Made by a program: the position numbers and the translations under genes. This document shows positions 47,036-50,261 of a DNA stretch of 50,261 nt, piece after piece. The stretch is from Nemertoderma westbladi (taxonomy: Eukaryota > Animalia > Xenacoelomorpha): contig JAUCBJ010005430.1 in assembly GCA_032718475.1 (NCBI GenBank), forward strand, positions 1 to 50,261, written 5' to 3'. Position 1 is the first letter of the stretch, and each line of letters opens with the position of its first letter. The notes below the pieces were generated by a model, which ran no database searches, had not been told where the DNA came from, and saw nothing but the letters and a program-made list of their open reading frames with translations.

Positions 47036-50000
47036 ATGATAGGTATGCCTCCTTACCCAAATCCCCTGTCCTGTAATTTTTGTTACACCAAATTCAGCAC
47101 CTTTGAGTCCAAATTTTCATGTAGTATTTGTCGCAATATATATCATATACCGTGTGGGTCATACCAACAACCTGATAATATTGCTAACGGTATGCGGATG
47201 GGCCTGGACATTTACTGCTTTCATTGTTATAAGGATATTTTTCCATTTTATTCGGTTGGACCTGACGATTTTGACATATTTAAAGAACCTTCCGATGAAA
47301 TTGACAACAGTATTTTCAATCAAACATTTTCGCACCTTGACCCTGACGAAAACATAAATAAAATAAATATTGATGGCGGCATTTATACAGAAAGCTCTTT
47401 TAATGGAGAAATAACAAATTTAAATAACCCTCCGACCTTTTCAATTTTTAATTTAAACTGCAGAGGTCTTCGCTCTAATTTTTCGGCTACAGTTGATTTC
47501 TTATTAACTATTAAACATAAGTTTGACATAATTACCTTTAGCGAAACTTTTTTGACCGATAATACTTCCACTGATTTACTAAAACTGATAGGCTATCATA
47601 ACCCCTTTCTAAATAACCGCAAAACAGGTAAACTGGATAGGGGTGGCACAGCGATCTACGTCAAAGACACCATCAATGTTTTAGAACGGAATGACTTACA
47701 AATTGAGGGCCTTGAGACCTCTTGGGTTGAGATTACGCGTCCGCGGTTCAAAACACTAATAGTAGGGGCTATATACAGAACTGATGCTGTCCACCGTGAT
47801 GACTTTACTCGACTACTTGATTCTGCACTCTCACGTTTTGCTAATTCTAAATATGACGTAATTATTGCCGGTGATACTAACATTGATTTACTGAAACCTA
47901 AGGACAAACCGAAGGAATATATCAATCTACTAAATACGTATGGATTTATACAATTAATTAATTCACCTACCCGCATAAGTTCCTGGACCAATAATACTAC
48001 CGGCTCTACCATACGAACTGAATCTATTATCGACCACATACTTACAAATATTACTTCTTGCGTATCAACATCCGGAACATTTAAAGTAAAAATCGGTACA
48101 TCAGACCATCAACCAACCTTCATCTGTCTTCAAAATTATTCCTGCTATTTTAAAAAACCCGATCAACATATTACATTTGATTTTTCAAAATTTAACACAA
48201 CTAACTTTCTTCACGATGTCAAACTCACATCCAACTGGTCTTATACAGATAAAAACGTTGACAATTTTGAAAAATTTAATGTTTTTTATAAAGATCTCGA
48301 GAGAATTTGTCATAAACACGTCCCAACAAAAATTATAACGTCTCAACGAAAAATTCCCGACAAGCCATGGATGACAGATTCTCTTATAACTTGTACTCTC
48401 CAGAAAAATAAATTATACCGCAATTACTTAAAATCTCCAACTGAAGTTAATCATGACATCTATAAAAAATACCGTAACAAATTAACTTCTACCTTGCGTG
48501 TCGCGGAAAAAAACTACTATCAAATAAAATTTGAAGAAAATAGAAATAATATTAAAAAAACCTGGGTAATTATAAATTCCGCTCTACATAGAAATAAGAA
48601 ATCAAATATCCCAAATCAATTAACAATAAAAACAGATAATTCTGTAGAAGTTATTACGGACCCCACTAAAATTGCCACTATTTTTAATAGTCATTTTGCT
48701 ACAGTAGGACCAAAATTAGATAAACAAATTCCATTATCAAGTCGTTCACCTCTTCGTAATATTTCACGATTCAACCTCCGCCCTAACTCCTTTGTTCTTA
48801 CAGAGATTTCTCCTGTTGAAATAGAATACTTGATTCTTCAATTGAATCCTAAGTCCGCCACAAATGACTCGCTCCCAATTAAACTAATTCAACTTGCAGC
48901 TAAGCCTCTCTCTATCCATCTAAACTACATAATTAATCTGTCGATTACTCATGGTTTTTTCCCTAGCGCCCTTAAAATAGCAAAAATTATTCCTGTTTTT
49001 AAATCTGACAATCCAAAAGACCCAAATAATTATCGGCCTATCTCCCTCTTACCAGTGTTAAGTAAAATTTTTGAGCAATTAATTAACTCACAGCTTCACT
49101 CTTACCTTACTAAATATTCAATCCTCTCTACGTGCCAATACGGATTTCGTCCAAAAACCTCGACATCGCATGCTTTACTCTCAGTTACAGAAAGAATCCA
49201 TCAAGCCCTTGAAGAAAAAAATTCAACCTGTACCATCTATATAGATCTCAAAAAGGCATTCGATACCATTAATCATAAAATTTTATTAAACAAGTTAGAA
49301 TGTTACGGTATCCGAGGATCTCCTTTGGATCTTATATCAAGTTTTCTGACTTCTAGATTTCAATTTGTCTCCATATCTGGCCACTCATCACCACTACTGC
49401 CCTTAACTTGCGGCGTACCTCAGGGAGGCGTTCTATCACCGTTACTGTTCCTTTTGTACATTAATGACTTGCCTAACGCTACTTCTCTTCTAACAACTCT
49501 CTTTGCCGACGACACTACTCTCCTTCAATCAGCTAAACATATTAATACTCTAATACATGAAACTAATAACGAATTAAATAAACTGACTGAATGGTTAGTA
49601 GACAATCGCCTTTCATTAAACTTATCTAAAACGGAATTTACTTTATTTTCAAATACGGTGCAAAATACAACAAATATACCTCCACTACAAATTAATTCGA
49701 AAAATGTTAATAAATCCATATGCACAAAATTTTTAGGAATTCATGTAGACAACAAACTATCTTGGAAGTCACACGTACAATTTATTACTAAAAAAATTTC
49801 TAGAACAATTGGCATCTTTTATAAACTTAGGCACTCTTTTCCACTGATTATACTCAGACAACTTTATTTTTCACTTATACATCCATATATAAACTATGGT
49901 ATAATCATATGGGGAAGTACCTATCCCACTATACTTAAACCTCTACGTACCAAAATAAATAAATTTGTCCGCTGCGTAACTTTTTCACACTCTCAATCCT

Positions 50001-50261
50001 CCTCACTACCTCTATATAAATCTCTATCTATTTTGCCCCTTGAATTATTATATAAACATCAAGCAGCCCTATTCATGCACGATATCAATTATAGTAATAT
50101 TATATCTAATACTAGCCATATAGGCAAATTATTCATAAAAACTGCTTCCACCCACAGATATTTCACGCGTTCTGTAGCACATGGAAACTATCATGTGCCA
50201 TCAGTCCGGCTAGACTCCTCGAAACGGTCCCTGAGATATCAAGGTCCCTTGATTTGGAACG
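47036..50261 (+). CDS. CR1/L2-group LINE ORF2: PHD finger, AP endonuclease, reverse transcriptase; open to the right edge
   Basis: Manual translation: C4HC3 pattern, LNCRGL, SETF, GDTN, IDHI, SDH, YRPISLL, QYGFR, DLKKAFDT, GVPQG, FADD; start and FADD are in the same frame and the track reports no terminated ORF there. Confidence 0.92.
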   Translation, partial: MIGMPPYPNPLSCNFCYTKFSTFESKFSCSICRNIYHIPCGSYQQPDNIANGMRMGLDIYCFHCYKDIFPFYSVGPDDFDIFKEPSDEIDNSIFNQTFSHLDPDENINKINIDGGIYTESSFNGEITNLNNPPTFSIFNLNCRGLRSNFSATVDFLLTIKHKFDIITFSETFLTDNTSTDLLKLIGYHNPFLNNRKTGKLDRGGTAIYVKDTINVLERNDLQIEGLETSWVEITRPRFKTLIVGAIYRTDAVHRDDFTRLLDSALSRFANSKYDVIIAGDTNIDLLKPKDKPKEYINLLNTYGFIQLINSPTRISSWTNNTTGSTIRTESIIDHILTNITSCVSTSGTFKVKIGTSDHQPTFICLQNYSCYFKKPDQHITFDFSKFNTTNFLHDVKLTSNWSYTDKNVDNFEKFNVFYKDLERICHKHVPTKIITSQRKIPDKPWMTDSLITCTLQKNKLYRNYLKSPTEVNHDIYKKYRNKLTSTLRVAEKNYYQIKFEENRNNIKKTWVIINSALHRNKKSNIPNQLTIKTDNSVEVITDPTKIATIFNSHFATVGPKLDKQIPLSSRSPLRNISRFNLRPNSFVLTEISPVEIEYLILQLNPKSATNDSLPIKLIQLAAKPLSIHLNYIINLSITHGFFPSALKIAKIIPVFKSDNPKDPNNYRPISLLPVLSKIFEQLINSQLHSYLTKYSILSTCQYGFRPKTSTSHALLSVTERIHQALEEKNSTCTIYIDLKKAFDTINHKILLNKLECYGIRGSPLDLISSFLTSRFQFVSISGHSSPLLPLTCGVPQGGVLSPLLFLLYINDLPNATSLLTTLFADDTTLLQSAKHINTLIHETNNELNKLTEWLVDNRLSLNLSKTEFTLFSNTVQNTTNIPPLQINSKNVNKSICTKFLGIHVDNKLSWKSHVQFITKKISRTIGIFYKLRHSFPLIILRQLYFSLIHPYINYGIIIWGSTYPTILKPLRTKINKFVRCVTFSHSQSSSLPLYKSLSILPLELLYKHQAALFMHDINYSNIISNTSHIGKLFIKTASTHRYFTRSVAHGNYHVPSVRLDSSKRSLRYQGPLIWN

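Overview
This is eukaryotic (most likely invertebrate animal) genomic DNA, not prokaryotic, and it is almost entirely nested transposable elements. From left to right: (1) two minus-strand BEL/Pao LTR retrotransposons, one inserted in the protease region of the other; (2) a long-TIR MITE interrupted by a 5.8-kb DNA transposon with TAY..RTA termini (IS3EU-like) that carries two convergent genes, a 5-exon HECT E3 ubiquitin ligase with a possible ubiquitin-like N-terminus and an IS3/IS481-type DDE transposase with a signal-peptide-like N-terminus; (3) LINE, gag and CRE fragments and a GC-rich minisatellite; (4) two inverted piggyBac-type MITEs; (5) two coding exons of a host class-A GPCR, whose intervening intron holds an intact Gypsy element with apparently identical LTRs, non-canonical TA..TA ends and a -1 frameshift signal; (6) a Sola2 transposon, a hAT-like MITE, RTE fragments, a minimal hammerhead ribozyme, tRNA-derived SINEs, an intronless OB-fold (SSB/RPA-like) ORF and Helentron-type (HINE) ends; (7) an apparently intact CR1/L2-group LINE running off the right edge. 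Family assignments come from manual motif recognition; no database searches were run.
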